IMG/VR virus record: IMGVR_UViG_3300042564_000781
Span: 1-64,000 of that record
Direction: 5' to 3' (one strand)
DNA from: a virus
DNA: 64,000 nt
The notes beneath the pieces were generated by a model. The model saw nothing but the letters and a program-made list of their open reading frames with translations, ran no database searches and was not told the DNA's origin. Positions 48,333 through 60,900 of this stretch are shown here, piece by piece (the first letter of the stretch is position 1; each line of letters opens with the position of its first letter). A program made the position numbers and the translations under genes.

Positions 48333-51300
48333 ATGAGCCAGCTTGGTCGTATTTCCGGTCAATTATTAAAAGACAACCTAACCCGCAACGGCCATGACTT
48401 AACGTTTGACAAGATTGTAGATGCTGATCCACTTGTAGCTAAAGACGGACTGCTTCATTTAGACGTTACTAACCGCAGAGTTGGTATTAATACTGAAACA
48501 CCAGAATACGATTTAGACGTAGACGGTACAACAAGAACAACTGAGTTAGAAGTTACAACTCAAGCAGATATTGCTGACTTAACATTTACCACTGACACCA
48601 TTACCAGCAATACTGGCATACTAAATCTAGCCAACGGCACCGGTGATCAGATTAATTATCAAGCAAAACTAGTAGTTGATAATGTTGAACTTGAAAATAA
48701 TGTTATCTCAACTAACGCAGGCGCAAATTTAGAATTACGTCCAGATGGCACAGGCACGGTGGACATCTATGCAGACACTAATGTCTATGGTAATGTCTAT
48801 GTAACAGGTAATATTCGTGCAGACGGCAACATTACTGTTGGTGATGCAAATACAGACAACATCACAATTAACGCTGATGTTAACAGCAATATTATTCCTG
48901 ACGCTGATATTACATACCAATTAGGTAATGGCGGCACTGGCTATGTTGCAGATACAGAATTTACACTAGGTGACGTTGTAGTTACAGTAAGCGGATCAGG
49001 AACAATAGTAACATTATCAATCCCTGCAGCTGGCCCTACCTGGGTAGATACACTGACTGATAACGACATTGGTAAATCTTACCAATTAGCTATAGACGGT
49101 ACACCGGGAAGCTACTCAGTAACCACATCAGGCGTATGGTCTGGCACAAATCCACAAGTAGTATCGACAACAAATGACGGTCTATTAGACGGCACGTATA
49201 ATGTTAGCTCGATTAGGTTTGATCAAAAGCGTTGGGTAGACGTATGGGTTAAAAATTTATATACTGATGCTATTGTAACTGGAGACATCACAGTTGACAG
49301 CATTAATTTGAATTTAGTACAGGGTAAGATCTATTACGTTTCCACAAACGGTTCAGATACTAATGCAGGGCAGCATCAAAACGATCCGTTTGCCTCTGTT
49401 AAACATGCCTTAAGTATAGCTACTGCTGATGATACTGTTTACATCTATCCAGGTACTTATACTGAACAATTTCCCCTAACTGTCCCAACGGGAGTAGTAG
49501 TCAAGGGCACTGGCATTCGTTCAGTAAAAATTGTTCCTACTACAGCTACACGTTATAATGATGCGTTTTTACTTAATGGTGAAACAACTGTTGAAGACGT
49601 GACCATTGCAGATTACTTCAGCGGCGGAAACTATTTTGCAGTTACCTCAGCAGGCGTTGGCGAAACAGTAATGAATGTTGGCACTGCACCATTTGCTCAC
49701 ACATGGGTAAGTAGCGGAACTATTAATATTTCTGGTACAGCGTATAGTATCATTGCTGCTGTATACTCTCACACTACCGGAGTATTAACAGTAAATCATG
49801 TAGGCCCAGATGCAACCAGTGCAAGCCCCGTGTTCTTATCCGGACTAATATTCAGCTGCAATGGTGGCAATAGAGTGTTTCCAGATAATGGATATGCATT
49901 CCGTTTTGCAACAGACTTTGCAGTCTCTAGTCGTAGTCCATACATTCGAAATATTACAGTTCTAACCAAAGGCAGTGTAACTAGTTTATCAGACCCACTA
50001 GGTTACGATGCAGGAGATGCTGGTAAAGGCGCCTACATTGACGGTGCTTATGCAACATCTGTGAGCAAAGAAGCCAGCATGTTATTCCACTCTGCGACAT
50101 TTATCTGTCCGGGTGTTGATGTAATTGTTGCTACTAACGGTGCTCGAGTAGAATGGTTAAATTCATTCACCTACTATGCAAATCGCAGCATGTATCTGTA
50201 CAGCAGTGCAGACGGATTTGCTAGTGACGGTAAGACAAGAGTTAAGATCGTCAACACAACAGGCACCTGGGCAGTTGGTAATACATTAAGCTACTATGAC
50301 ACAGACGGTACAACGGTATTAGCCTCAGGTATTATTGAAAGTATCGACGGTGATTTTTACAATATTGATACTCGTGTATTAGGATTTGAACAAATACAAG
50401 ACCGTGCTGGTAAGACAATAACAGTTCACGGCAATGCAAAACTTAGCACATCTGTTAAGAAATTTGGCACAGCAAGTTTAGCATTAGATGGTACTGGCGA
50501 TTATCTTTCTGTTGCAAGCCAGCCTGACTTTGCTTTTCCGTCAACTATATCAAGAATTGCTAAAACAATTACTGCCAACGGTAATGCCGCAGTCAGCGCA
50601 ACAGAAAGTAAGTTTGGCGGAAGCAGTATTGCGTTTGACGGCACAGGTGACTATCTCAGCATTGCTACAGATACAGATTATGGATTTGGCACAGGCGATT
50701 TTACTATTGAAGGCTGGTTCTATAAAACAGTAGTAGCTACACAATACTTGTTTGATACAAGAACAACTCTAAATGAAAATTCAATTGCCGTTCAGTCCAA
50801 TGGTTCGGGAAGTTTAAGATTATTTGTAAATGGCGCATTTGTACTAACATCTAGTAATGCTCATACTAACAATGCTTGGAATCATCTTGCTATCTGTCGC
50901 GCTGGCGGCGTAACAAGATTCTTTATAAATGGTGTGGTATCTACTACTACCCACACTGACGCAACCAACTATGGAACTACTAAGCCTCTAGTAGTGGGTG
51001 CTCAATACAACGGTACAACAGCATTTGCTGGTTATATCGATGACTTTAGAGTAAGCAATACTGCAAGATATACTGCAACATTTACCCCTAGTGCTGTAGT
51101 ATTCACTAACGACGTTAATACTAAATTATTAGTTCATGGAGATACAGACATCTCCGATGACGTTGGCGGAACAATAACTAGTTTTACAATTGAATCTTGG
51201 ATTTATAATACTGGCGGCCAAAGTGCTGTCCAGGTAATTTTTGATTTTAGAACAGCAACTCCACAAGCAGCTCCATTTTTAAATATTCAAGCCGGCGGTA

Positions 51301-54221
51301 GCTTACTATATTTTGTAAACGGAGTGTCAGCTATATCAGGTGGAACCATAGCATTAAACACTTGGACACACGTTGCCGTTGCTAGAAACGGAACAAGCAC
51401 TAAATTATTTGTTAACGGAACACAAGTTGGTAGTACATATACCGACATTACCAATTACATTCAATGTCCGCTAGTTATTGGCGCACGTTTTGATGGAACT
51501 CTTGGATTTAATGGCTACATTGATGACGTAAGAATTAGCAAAGGTGTAGCACGTTATACCACAACATTCCCAGTACCTACAGCACAGCTGACCGGCGACC
51601 TAAGCACAGTATTATTGATTACCTGCAACGGCACAAATAACAGTACTGCCATTGCAGACAACGGTATTACTCTACAAGACCTAAGAACATCAGCGGGCGG
51701 CACTGCTAGCATTATAGATTTTGCTGACTACTCAGACTTCGGCGTCGAGGTACGATCAATTGGTTCAGCTGCTGTCTACGGAAACTATGGTATCTACGGT
51801 GACGGTCCAGGCGTCATTGCCTACCTAATTGGACAGAACTTAGCCTACATTGGCAACGGTAAAGACACTACTAACGATCCTCTTACAGTTATACAGGCCA
51901 ATGAAGTTGTTGAACTCGATGGTGCAAAGATTTTCTATAACAGTGTGGACCATAAAGGTGATTTCCGTATTGGAGATTTATTCTATGTTAACCAAGCCAC
52001 TGGTGAAGTTAGCTTTACGAACTCAAATGTTACTATTGGCACAAGCCTAACATTTGATGACGGTAGCGGCAATATAACTTACTTAGACGCCACTAAGATC
52101 GAAACTGGTGATTTTAGAATCAGCGGTAATACGATTCAGACATTAACACAAGATTTTAATGTTGACGCTGCTAGCAATCAAATCAACCTACAGAGCAATG
52201 TAACAGTTACTGGTAACTTAGAAGTAACTGGCGATGTTACAGTTGGCGGCAATGTAACTATTGGTAATGAGTCAACTGATGTTGTAAGATTTGTTGCAGG
52301 TGTTGACAGTGATATTTTACCTGCACTGGACAGCCAGTATGATCTAGGTACTAGTACAGAGCGATGGAGTACACTGTATTCTACAACCTTAGTTAATGCT
52401 GATATTCAAATTAGTACTAATGTTATTACAACTACTAATTCTAATTTAGATCTAACTCTGCAAGCTAACGGCACTGGTAGAATTTACGTACCGTCTAATA
52501 ATGTTGAGATTACTAACAATTTAACAGTTAACGGAACTACAAATCTAGCAACTACTAACATTGGTGTTGTTGGAACTCCCGCAACAGTTACACACGTCGG
52601 TGGAGTAACACAAACTGGAGACTTGTTCCAAACTGGTAACACTGAAATTACCGGCACACTAACAGTTGGATCAACTGCTCAGTTTGAAGATATTCAAATT
52701 GACAACAATATTATTACTACTACATTAGGTAATAACGATTTAGTACTAGAAGCTGCCGGCACAGGTAAAGTTATTGTTCCAGTAGACAATGCTGAAGTAA
52801 CTGGAACCCTTACTGTAGTCGGAACAACTAGTACCACTACTATTAATAACACCGGAACAGTTACATCTGGTATTTTTAGCACCGGCAATATACGAATTAC
52901 CACAAACAATATTACTACTACTGTAGCTGATACTGATCTTGTGCTAGAAGCTAGTGGCACCGGCAGAATTTATGTTCCCCTTAATGATGTTACTCTAGGT
53001 AAAACACTAACTGTTACAGGCTTAACTACGTTAGTTGATACTGACATTACTGGAACACTAACACACATTGGAGCCACAACAAGAACTGGCGATGTTACTC
53101 AAACAGGTAGTTATACGCTAAATGGAAACTTAACAGTTTCAAATATTGCACAATTTAAAGATGTTAATATTACCAACAATGTAATTACTACTACATTGAC
53201 TAACAGTAATTTACAATTAGGTGCAGCAGGCACTGGTATTATTTCTGTACCAACTAACAATGTTACCATTGATAATAATCTAACAGTTACTGGTACTACT
53301 TTTACTGCTAATATTAACAACAGCGGCACAGTCACAGCTGGAACATTCAGCACTGGTAATATTAGTATCAATGGCAATACTATTCAGACCACTGTTGGCA
53401 GTAGCAACCTACAACTGCAAGCCGCCGGCACTGGTTATATTGTATTAGAACAATTTGACGTACAAGAAAATGAAATAAGAATTAATACCGGCTCTGACAT
53501 GGTACTAACACCTAACGGCATTGGTATTGTCACAGTTAACTCTACACAAAGCATTAAATTACCAGTGGGTAATACTGCTGCTCGTCCAACAGGCGCTGCC
53601 GGTATGGTGCGATTTAATAGTCAACTGACTCGCTACGAAGGATACGACGGCACAAATTGGATTAGACTAGATGGCGTTGAAGATGCAGACGGCAATACAA
53701 AGATCACTGCTGAATTAACACCAGGTGCAAACGATAACACTATTCGTTTTTACACTAACAATACACAAGTTGCTGACCTAACGTCGACTAGATTGAATGT
53801 TATTAACGTAGATGTTGACGTAATAAACATTAATAACAATGTTATATCAACTACTACAACTGATACTAATTTAGTACTTGCACCAAATGGTACCGGGTCG
53901 TTGCGCACAGGTAATTTTTCTATCAACGGAAGTACAGTTACAAATACTGTAAATAACAGTATAACATATTTTAATCAAACTGGCGATGGATATGTTAAGA
54001 TCAACAGCACCGGTGGATTTGTAATCCCGGCAGGATTAACAACTCAAAGACCTCCGTTGTTTGATGTTGGCATGATGAGATATAACACTGACCCAGGTAA
54101 CTTCCGTGTTGAAGTATGGGATGGTGGCAACTGGGTTAATGCAGGACAAGCAGCAGGTGGCGGAGTAACACTTGCAGAAGCACAAGACATCGGAATTGTC
54201 AGTGCAATTATATTTGGATAA
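48333..54221 (+). CDS. Large fibre/appendage structural protein B with LamG/ConA-like domains; paralogue of protein A
   Basis: Shares the N-terminus LGRISGQLLK.NLTRNG and core motifs with 44212-48213; two LamG-like domains (FTIEGW/FTIESW, W.H.A..R, GYIDD.R.S). Confidence 0.8.
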   Translation: MSQLGRISGQLLKDNLTRNGHDLTFDKIVDADPLVAKDGLLHLDVTNRRVGINTETPEYDLDVDGTTRTTELEVTTQADIADLTFTTDTITSNTGILNLANGTGDQINYQAKLVVDNVELENNVISTNAGANLELRPDGTGTVDIYADTNVYGNVYVTGNIRADGNITVGDANTDNITINADVNSNIIPDADITYQLGNGGTGYVADTEFTLGDVVVTVSGSGTIVTLSIPAAGPTWVDTLTDNDIGKSYQLAIDGTPGSYSVTTSGVWSGTNPQVVSTTNDGLLDGTYNVSSIRFDQKRWVDVWVKNLYTDAIVTGDITVDSINLNLVQGKIYYVSTNGSDTNAGQHQNDPFASVKHALSIATADDTVYIYPGTYTEQFPLTVPTGVVVKGTGIRSVKIVPTTATRYNDAFLLNGETTVEDVTIADYFSGGNYFAVTSAGVGETVMNVGTAPFAHTWVSSGTINISGTAYSIIAAVYSHTTGVLTVNHVGPDATSASPVFLSGLIFSCNGGNRVFPDNGYAFRFATDFAVSSRSPYIRNITVLTKGSVTSLSDPLGYDAGDAGKGAYIDGAYATSVSKEASMLFHSATFICPGVDVIVATNGARVEWLNSFTYYANRSMYLYSSADGFASDGKTRVKIVNTTGTWAVGNTLSYYDTDGTTVLASGIIESIDGDFYNIDTRVLGFEQIQDRAGKTITVHGNAKLSTSVKKFGTASLALDGTGDYLSVASQPDFAFPSTISRIAKTITANGNAAVSATESKFGGSSIAFDGTGDYLSIATDTDYGFGTGDFTIEGWFYKTVVATQYLFDTRTTLNENSIAVQSNGSGSLRLFVNGAFVLTSSNAHTNNAWNHLAICRAGGVTRFFINGVVSTTTHTDATNYGTTKPLVVGAQYNGTTAFAGYIDDFRVSNTARYTATFTPSAVVFTNDVNTKLLVHGDTDISDDVGGTITSFTIESWIYNTGGQSAVQVIFDFRTATPQAAPFLNIQAGGSLLYFVNGVSAISGGTIALNTWTHVAVARNGTSTKLFVNGTQVGSTYTDITNYIQCPLVIGARFDGTLGFNGYIDDVRISKGVARYTTTFPVPTAQLTGDLSTVLLITCNGTNNSTAIADNGITLQDLRTSAGGTASIIDFADYSDFGVEVRSIGSAAVYGNYGIYGDGPGVIAYLIGQNLAYIGNGKDTTNDPLTVIQANEVVELDGAKIFYNSVDHKGDFRIGDLFYVNQATGEVSFTNSNVTIGTSLTFDDGSGNITYLDATKIETGDFRISGNTIQTLTQDFNVDAASNQINLQSNVTVTGNLEVTGDVTVGGNVTIGNESTDVVRFVAGVDSDILPALDSQYDLGTSTERWSTLYSTTLVNADIQISTNVITTTNSNLDLTLQANGTGRIYVPSNNVEITNNLTVNGTTNLATTNIGVVGTPATVTHVGGVTQTGDLFQTGNTEITGTLTVGSTAQFEDIQIDNNIITTTLGNNDLVLEAAGTGKVIVPVDNAEVTGTLTVVGTTSTTTINNTGTVTSGIFSTGNIRITTNNITTTVADTDLVLEASGTGRIYVPLNDVTLGKTLTVTGLTTLVDTDITGTLTHIGATTRTGDVTQTGSYTLNGNLTVSNIAQFKDVNITNNVITTTLTNSNLQLGAAGTGIISVPTNNVTIDNNLTVTGTTFTANINNSGTVTAGTFSTGNISINGNTIQTTVGSSNLQLQAAGTGYIVLEQFDVQENEIRINTGSDMVLTPNGIGIVTVNSTQSIKLPVGNTAARPTGAAGMVRFNSQLTRYEGYDGTNWIRLDGVEDADGNTKITAELTPGANDNTIRFYTNNTQVADLTSTRLNVINVDVDVININNNVISTTTTDTNLVLAPNGTGSLRTGNFSINGSTVTNTVNNSITYFNQTGDGYVKINSTGGFVIPAGLTTQRPPLFDVGMMRYNTDPGNFRVEVWDGGNWVNAGQAAGGGVTLAEAQDIGIVSAIIFG

Positions 54222-54226
54222 AGAAC

Positions 54227-54556
54227 ATGGCATCATTTTTTAGAAACAAGGTAGCTAAGGAAATAGGCACAACACCTGTAGAAGTATTGGCAACTTCAGG
54301 AGCCAATCGTATGACTATCATTGGGTTGAGTCTGGCAAATTTAACATCAGGGATTGTGTTAATTGACATCACATTAACTGACGATGCTAGTGTAACTGGT
54401 TACTATGCTAAACAAGTATTAGTGCCACCTAACTCAAGTTTGCGAGTAGTTAATGGCGGAGAAAAATTAATTTTATCAACCAATAATAGTTTAAGTATCA
54501 CTGCAAATTTTGAAGATGCAATAGACGCAATTATTAGTTACGTAGAACTAATATAA
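54227..54556 (+). CDS. Small beta-rich structural protein
   Basis: 109-aa ORF in the late operon; similar to 43083-43415. Confidence 0.65.
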   Translation: MASFFRNKVAKEIGTTPVEVLATSGANRMTIIGLSLANLTSGIVLIDITLTDDASVTGYYAKQVLVPPNSSLRVVNGGEKLILSTNNSLSITANFEDAIDAIISYVELI

Positions 54557-54565
54557 GGAATTATT

Positions 54566-54943
54566 ATGACATATTATATTGGACAAACTAGCGCACTAGC
54601 TGATGTGCTTGGAGAAGGAAATCCTAGGTACTTTTATGCAATTCGTCGAGACGATGACGGCCTATTATTCTTTGCTAAGATTGATCAACTTACTGATCTA
54701 GGAACTATTATAGTTAACAACTCAGGCCTAACAGAAGATGACTATACAGATTTTGAATATGGTGTAGATTTCTTTGACGGGCGACTAGCAGAAGATCACT
54801 CGAGACCATACAGCAACCTACAATGGGATCAATACCGCTGGGACAGCAAGAATGTATATTATTACATTAATACTGCTGGAGAATTTGTTGTGCGTATTAA
54901 TCAAGCATACGTATATCCTCCAGAATTAATCGTAACCCCATAA
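54566..54943 (+). CDS. Hypothetical protein (125 aa)
   Basis: AAGGA RBS, co-oriented, tight spacing. Confidence 0.65.
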   Translation: MTYYIGQTSALADVLGEGNPRYFYAIRRDDDGLLFFAKIDQLTDLGTIIVNNSGLTEDDYTDFEYGVDFFDGRLAEDHSRPYSNLQWDQYRWDSKNVYYYINTAGEFVVRINQAYVYPPELIVTP

Positions 54944-54979
54944 TTAATTAACGTGTAAATAGAGAACAAGGAATATAAA

Positions 54980-57900
54980 ATGGCAGCAGAATTTAAAATT
55001 GGCAGACTACGATATACATGGAAAGGTGTATGGGCAACAGCAACTTTCTATAACAGGGATGCTGTCGCATCGTATAACGGTAAGACTTATGTGTGTATAG
55101 TACCGCATACCTCTGGCGATTTTTATGACGATTACGAAAATGTAGAACCAAGCGGAGAAATTAAACCTTACTGGGTAATAATGTTGGAAGGTACTAGCTG
55201 GAAAGGCGAATGGCAACCTAATACATTATATACTTTGGGCGCAATTGTATTATATGGCGGAAGCGTGTACAAGAGAATAGTAAACGGCCTGTCAGATGCA
55301 ACATTTAATCCAGCTAGTTGGGAAGTTTACACAACTGTTAATAGTACATGGATTGGCAACTATTCTACTAATCAGTTTTATAAAGTTGGAGACACTGTTA
55401 AGTACGGTGGAATTGTTTATAGTTGTATAACACAGCATACTTCATCTAACTCTATAACATATCCTACATATAGTAATTGGGAAATTTTAGATGTTGGAAT
55501 TGAATATAGGGGCACCTGGACATCTACTAATACATCATATAAGATCAATGACCTTGTTAAATACGGACCCGACTTATGGATCTCAAGACAAGATCATAGT
55601 TCGTCACTTCCATTTAATGCAACTATAGATCCGCTAAACACTACTGCAACTTGGCAATTATGGTTGCCCGGTATTGATTACAGTGCAGCCACTACATGGT
55701 CAGCAACAGTAGTATACCAACCAGGTAATACTGTCAAGTACGGTGGCTATTCTTATATAAATTTAATTGTTAATAATCTTAACATTGTACCATCTACCAA
55801 CGTAGACGGACTAAATCCAGAATGGCAGTTATTGACTACTGGATATGATTTTAACGATGATTGGTTAAGTGGCGTTTCTTATAAAATTGGGTCAGTAGTA
55901 CGCCGAGCCGGCAATCTGTTCGAAGCATTGCAAGATAATTTATCTCAAGATCCTACTGAGTTAATAACAACTACCACATATACCGAGTTAGGTAGTAGCG
56001 GAACAACGCTAATAGTCAACAACACTACTAACATCTTCCCTGGCATGATTATTTCAGGACAAGGATTTGATAAAGGTCAATTTGTTACATCAGTTGAGGA
56101 TGGTACTACATTAATAATCAGTCAAGCCCCATATCCTACTTTAATAGACGGGCAATCATTGGCATTTTCCGGAGTTAACGGAAATTATTGGGTACCACTT
56201 GTACCTGGAACTCGATGGAGGAATCGATGGGCTGCTACTGAAAATTATGTTGTAGGTGATCTAGCTGTATGGGTTAATGTTACCTATAGATGTATTAAAA
56301 CACACATATCTGAAATAACAAAACGCCCCGATATTAATTCTGGAATCTATTGGGTAGTTGAACTAAATCATGATTACTATAATGTACTGAATATTAAAGG
56401 TGACATAATTGTTAGCACTGACGGTACCAATAACGCACTTGCAATTGGATCTGAAGGATATTTGTTAAAATCAGTAACCGAAATCCCTACATGGGCAAAC
56501 GTATTCCAGTCTCCTGCATTGTATTATGTTGCACCATCAGGCTCCGATGCCTTAACCAGTGGTGATACGTGGGATAATCCTTATAAAACAATTAAGTATG
56601 CCTGTGAGCGAATTGCCGCCGGAACACTAAATTCGTCAGCAACACTATTATTAAAACAAAATAAAACTTTTATAGTAGAAGAAACATACGGACCAGCAGT
56701 ACAATCAATTACAACAACACCTCTCGACCTTATACAAACTAAAAGAGATATTAGATCTCTAGTCGATGCAATCACATATGATCTAGCAAGAGGCGGCAAC
56801 AGTCAGACTGTTGCATTTACTCTTTCATTTTTTGACGAACAGTACAGCTATAAATTTATTACGCCCAGAGTTTCCTCTTCAATTACTGTTCTTATAACAG
56901 CCTTTAATCGAGTGTTTACACTAATCTCTGATATTTTAAATAATATAATAGTTGATCCAACGTTTCAAACAATTTATCCGCAGATAACAGGCACTGTTGC
57001 CGGACTATCCCAAGCCCTAACGTCAGTACAATCATTTCAAAACATAGTTATTACTGCTCTAATTAATGAAAATATCAACAGTATACCTGCTCGAAATCAA
57101 GGTCTTACTGCAACTTTAATGGTTAAGACCGGAGCCTACCATGAAGAATTACCAATTGTAATTCCCGCTAATACAGCACTTAATGGAGATGAACTCAGGG
57201 GTGTAATAGTTTACCCGAAGACAATTATTAATACTATTGCAACTAGATCATTTTCCGCAACAAATTTATTTAGAGTAAATACAACAGAAGGAATGATTAA
57301 CAATACCGCAGTTCAGTTTGTATCAGTTAATCCAGTGTCCGGATTTAATACTGTATTCGGCGGAGTTGTTGCCGGAACAACTTATTATGTAATTGGCAGC
57401 TCCATCACAAGCACTCAATTTTCAGTAAGTGCAATTCCAGGCGGCCCTCCAGTTACGCTATCAAATGCTACTAGTCAAATGAAAGTATTTGGCGGCGATG
57501 CATTAAAGGACATGTTCCGTGTTCAAAATGGTTCAGGTATTAGAAACATGACATTATCTGGGCTGCTAGGCACACTTACAGCACCAAATTCATTTACTAC
57601 ACGTCGTCCGACTGGTGGAAGTTTTGTAAGTTTAGATCCCGGAACCGGCATAGCCGATACCACAGCTCATATTTACAGAAGAAGTCCATATATTCAAAAT
57701 GTAACGACTTTTGGTACAGGATGTGTTGGTTTAAAAATCGACGGCAGCTTGCACGCCCTTGGCAACAAGTCTATAGTGTGTAACGACTTTACACAAATTG
57801 TAAGTGACGGAGTTGGTATATACTGCACTGGACCCGGCGCACTTTGCGAAGCAGTGTCAGTATTTTCATATTATGCATATGCTGGATACTTATCCGAAGC

Positions 57901-60900
57901 AGGCGGCCGTATACGTGCTACTAACGGCAACAGCTCATATGGTAACTTTGGAGTTATTGCTGAAGGATTTGATACTACTGAAATCCCATCAGTTGGCACG
58001 GTATTTAATAGATACTACGAAGCCAGTGCAACTCCTATTAGTGCATTGGGCGCAACTGCTAACATTTTGAAGCTTCAATACAGTCATGCTGGGCAGGAAT
58101 ATATAACATCAACAACTAACTTGCTACAATATAGTAATTCATTTACTAACTGGACAAGTGACGGTAATATTACCCTAATCCAGTCAATACTATCCCCGTT
58201 TGCTAATCAATCAGATGCATGGATTGCAACCGGTAATACCTCTGGAACTAACAGTAGCTATTTTTCAAAATCAATTACTATTGCACCATCGGGAGAAATA
58301 TATACTAACATTGCTGGTATTAATATTACCGGCGGTGGCTTAGGAGCAACATTTGATATTATAGTAACTAGTACGCAATATACAGTGACTATTAACAATG
58401 GAGGTACTGGATATGTTGCAACAAATCAGATTCGTATACTTGGCTCTCAACTAGGCGGAATTTCCGGAGTTAATGATCTAATTATTACAGTTACTGAACT
58501 ATCAGGAACTACTATTACGACAATTACCTCAATTGGAGTAGTACAGATTGGTAGTGTACAACCATATACTGCAAGCATTTTCTGCAAACAGGGCACATCA
58601 ACTACGTTTGATCTTGTAGCTACCTTTAGTGGTTATTCTGCAGCATCGAGTAGTATCAGTTACAACTTTAACACAAATACTATAACTCCGGGTAGTGCAA
58701 CAGGCGGCATGACTCCTGTTGTATTTTCTGCAACGCCTATATCAACTAATCCTGGATGGGTTAGATTATCATTTAGATTCTATGATGTATCCGGATTAAA
58801 CAATACTCTTAAATTGACAATCTACCCAAGATCGCAACTAGGTAATAGCAGCTATACACTAATATACGGAGCACAGTTAGAATTAGGCACCCGCACCGGG
58901 TTTTATCAAGAAACAACTACTGGAAGATATACAGCGTATGCAAATTATGACGTTGTAGGAGCAGGATCCGGAGTTGATTTAGTTGCAGACGAAATTAGAG
59001 ACCGTGGCATATATCAAACTCGTATATTAGAAGTTAACGGAGTTACCGGCGGAGTTGGACATAGACTATCTACTAATAATGCACAAGCAGGCACTGACTC
59101 AACAATTACTATTGCTGGTTCAGATATTGCCGGCCCTAAGGACTATCTTGGAATGCGAGTATTTGTTAATAGCGGCTTAGGAGCAGGCCAATATGGAGCA
59201 ATTTCAGCGTTTGACGCAGAATTAAAAATTGCATCAGTATTAAAAGAATCTTTTACTCAATTAGAAATAACAACAAGTTCAAGTATTGGTAATATTTTTA
59301 CGTTAGCACCAAGTGCTGATGTGTATTCATTATATAATAATCAACCAGTACAATTTGTTCCTACTACCTACGACACTATTGTAACATTGGTAGGACAAAG
59401 TTCAGTAGAGGCAACTAGTACAATAGGAGGTCAAACTAATACTATGTATGTGACCAGCACAGCGCAGCTGACTGTTAACATGCCGGTAACATTTTCAGGA
59501 ATAACCTATGGTGGCGTAACTTCAAATTTCACATATTATATAATTGCAATCCTTAACGAAAATGAAATTCAATTAGGCTTAACAGTAGGCGGCATAGCTA
59601 TCTTCTTAAATAATGATGACGGCAGCATGTCATTAAACTATCCGTCAAATACTGGGTATTTAGGTGCGCCGACTACTAATATGGATATAAATTTGCCAAT
59701 ATATTTTACAGGCGCAGTATTGTCAGAGATCGAAGCTAGTACTGATTATTTCATTAATGATGTCATTGACATTAATAATTTTACTATATCAGACACGTTA
59801 GTAACTCCTACTGCTACAAGCACCACAGCTATTAGTAATACCGTTACTGTAGATACAAGTGATACGTTAGTTCCGTTAAATCCTATTAAATTTGCAGGAA
59901 CTGCATTCGGCTCAATCTTACCAAGCACTAAGTATTATATAAACCACATTGTTGACTCTACAAACATTACTATTTCTCTCGGTACATTAACTACTACTGC
60001 AACTGCTACTCAAAATGAAGGAGAGTTAATAACAGTTGGAGATACTACTGGATTTGCTATTGGAAATGCAATTAAATTTACAGGAACTACGTTCGGCGGT
60101 ATTGTTAACGATCGAATATATTATATTTCGTACATTAATAACGCTACATCACTAATCGTTAGTTCATCGTCGTCGGCATTATCTATTACTGCAACTAATA
60201 CATCAACTAGCATCAACATTAGTGGAACCGTCTACAATAATGTTTTAACATTGATATCATCGAGTAATTTAACACCAATGTATCCTGTAACATTTTCAGG
60301 GACTACATTTGGAAGTATCACAGCAGGTACTACGTATTTTATAAGTAGGATTTATGACTCAACTCGTATATCAATTACTAATTCGATTATTTCAGTAACT
60401 GCAATTGAAACATCAGCAACCTCTAACTTAATACATGTCGAGTCTACTGCCGGATTTGTTGCAGGCAACCCAATAATATTTGGAGGAGTATCATTTGGTG
60501 GTATAGTTTCAGGGCAATTATACTATATTTCTGCAGTTAACTCACCCACAGACTTTACAATTAGTACAACGCCAACTGGATCAGCAGTGGTATTAACGGC
60601 CGGCACCGGAAGTATTACAGCAAGAACTCCTGCAGTAAATACTACAGTAACTACAGCAACTGGTTCGATGATTGGAACTACTAGGGCTAGTGCTAGTCCA
60701 GTATTATTAACTTCTGCAATTGGGCTGTGTATTGTTAGGACAACCAGCTCAACAATCACTTTATCAACTGCTACGGGCCTATTAACCGGTACATCAACTA
60801 CCGTAAAGAAACAATTCACTAGTGATGCAGGCTCTATGGTAGGTACTTTTAGTGTACCTATACTTGGTGGTATTACTCAAGGAATCACCTACTACGTCCG

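Noticed and set aside
48930-49225. Intein as explanation for the in-frame insertions in fibre genes
   Set aside because: No Cys/Ser start with His-Asn end, no LAGLIDADG motifs; the inserts look like beta-rich structural modules.
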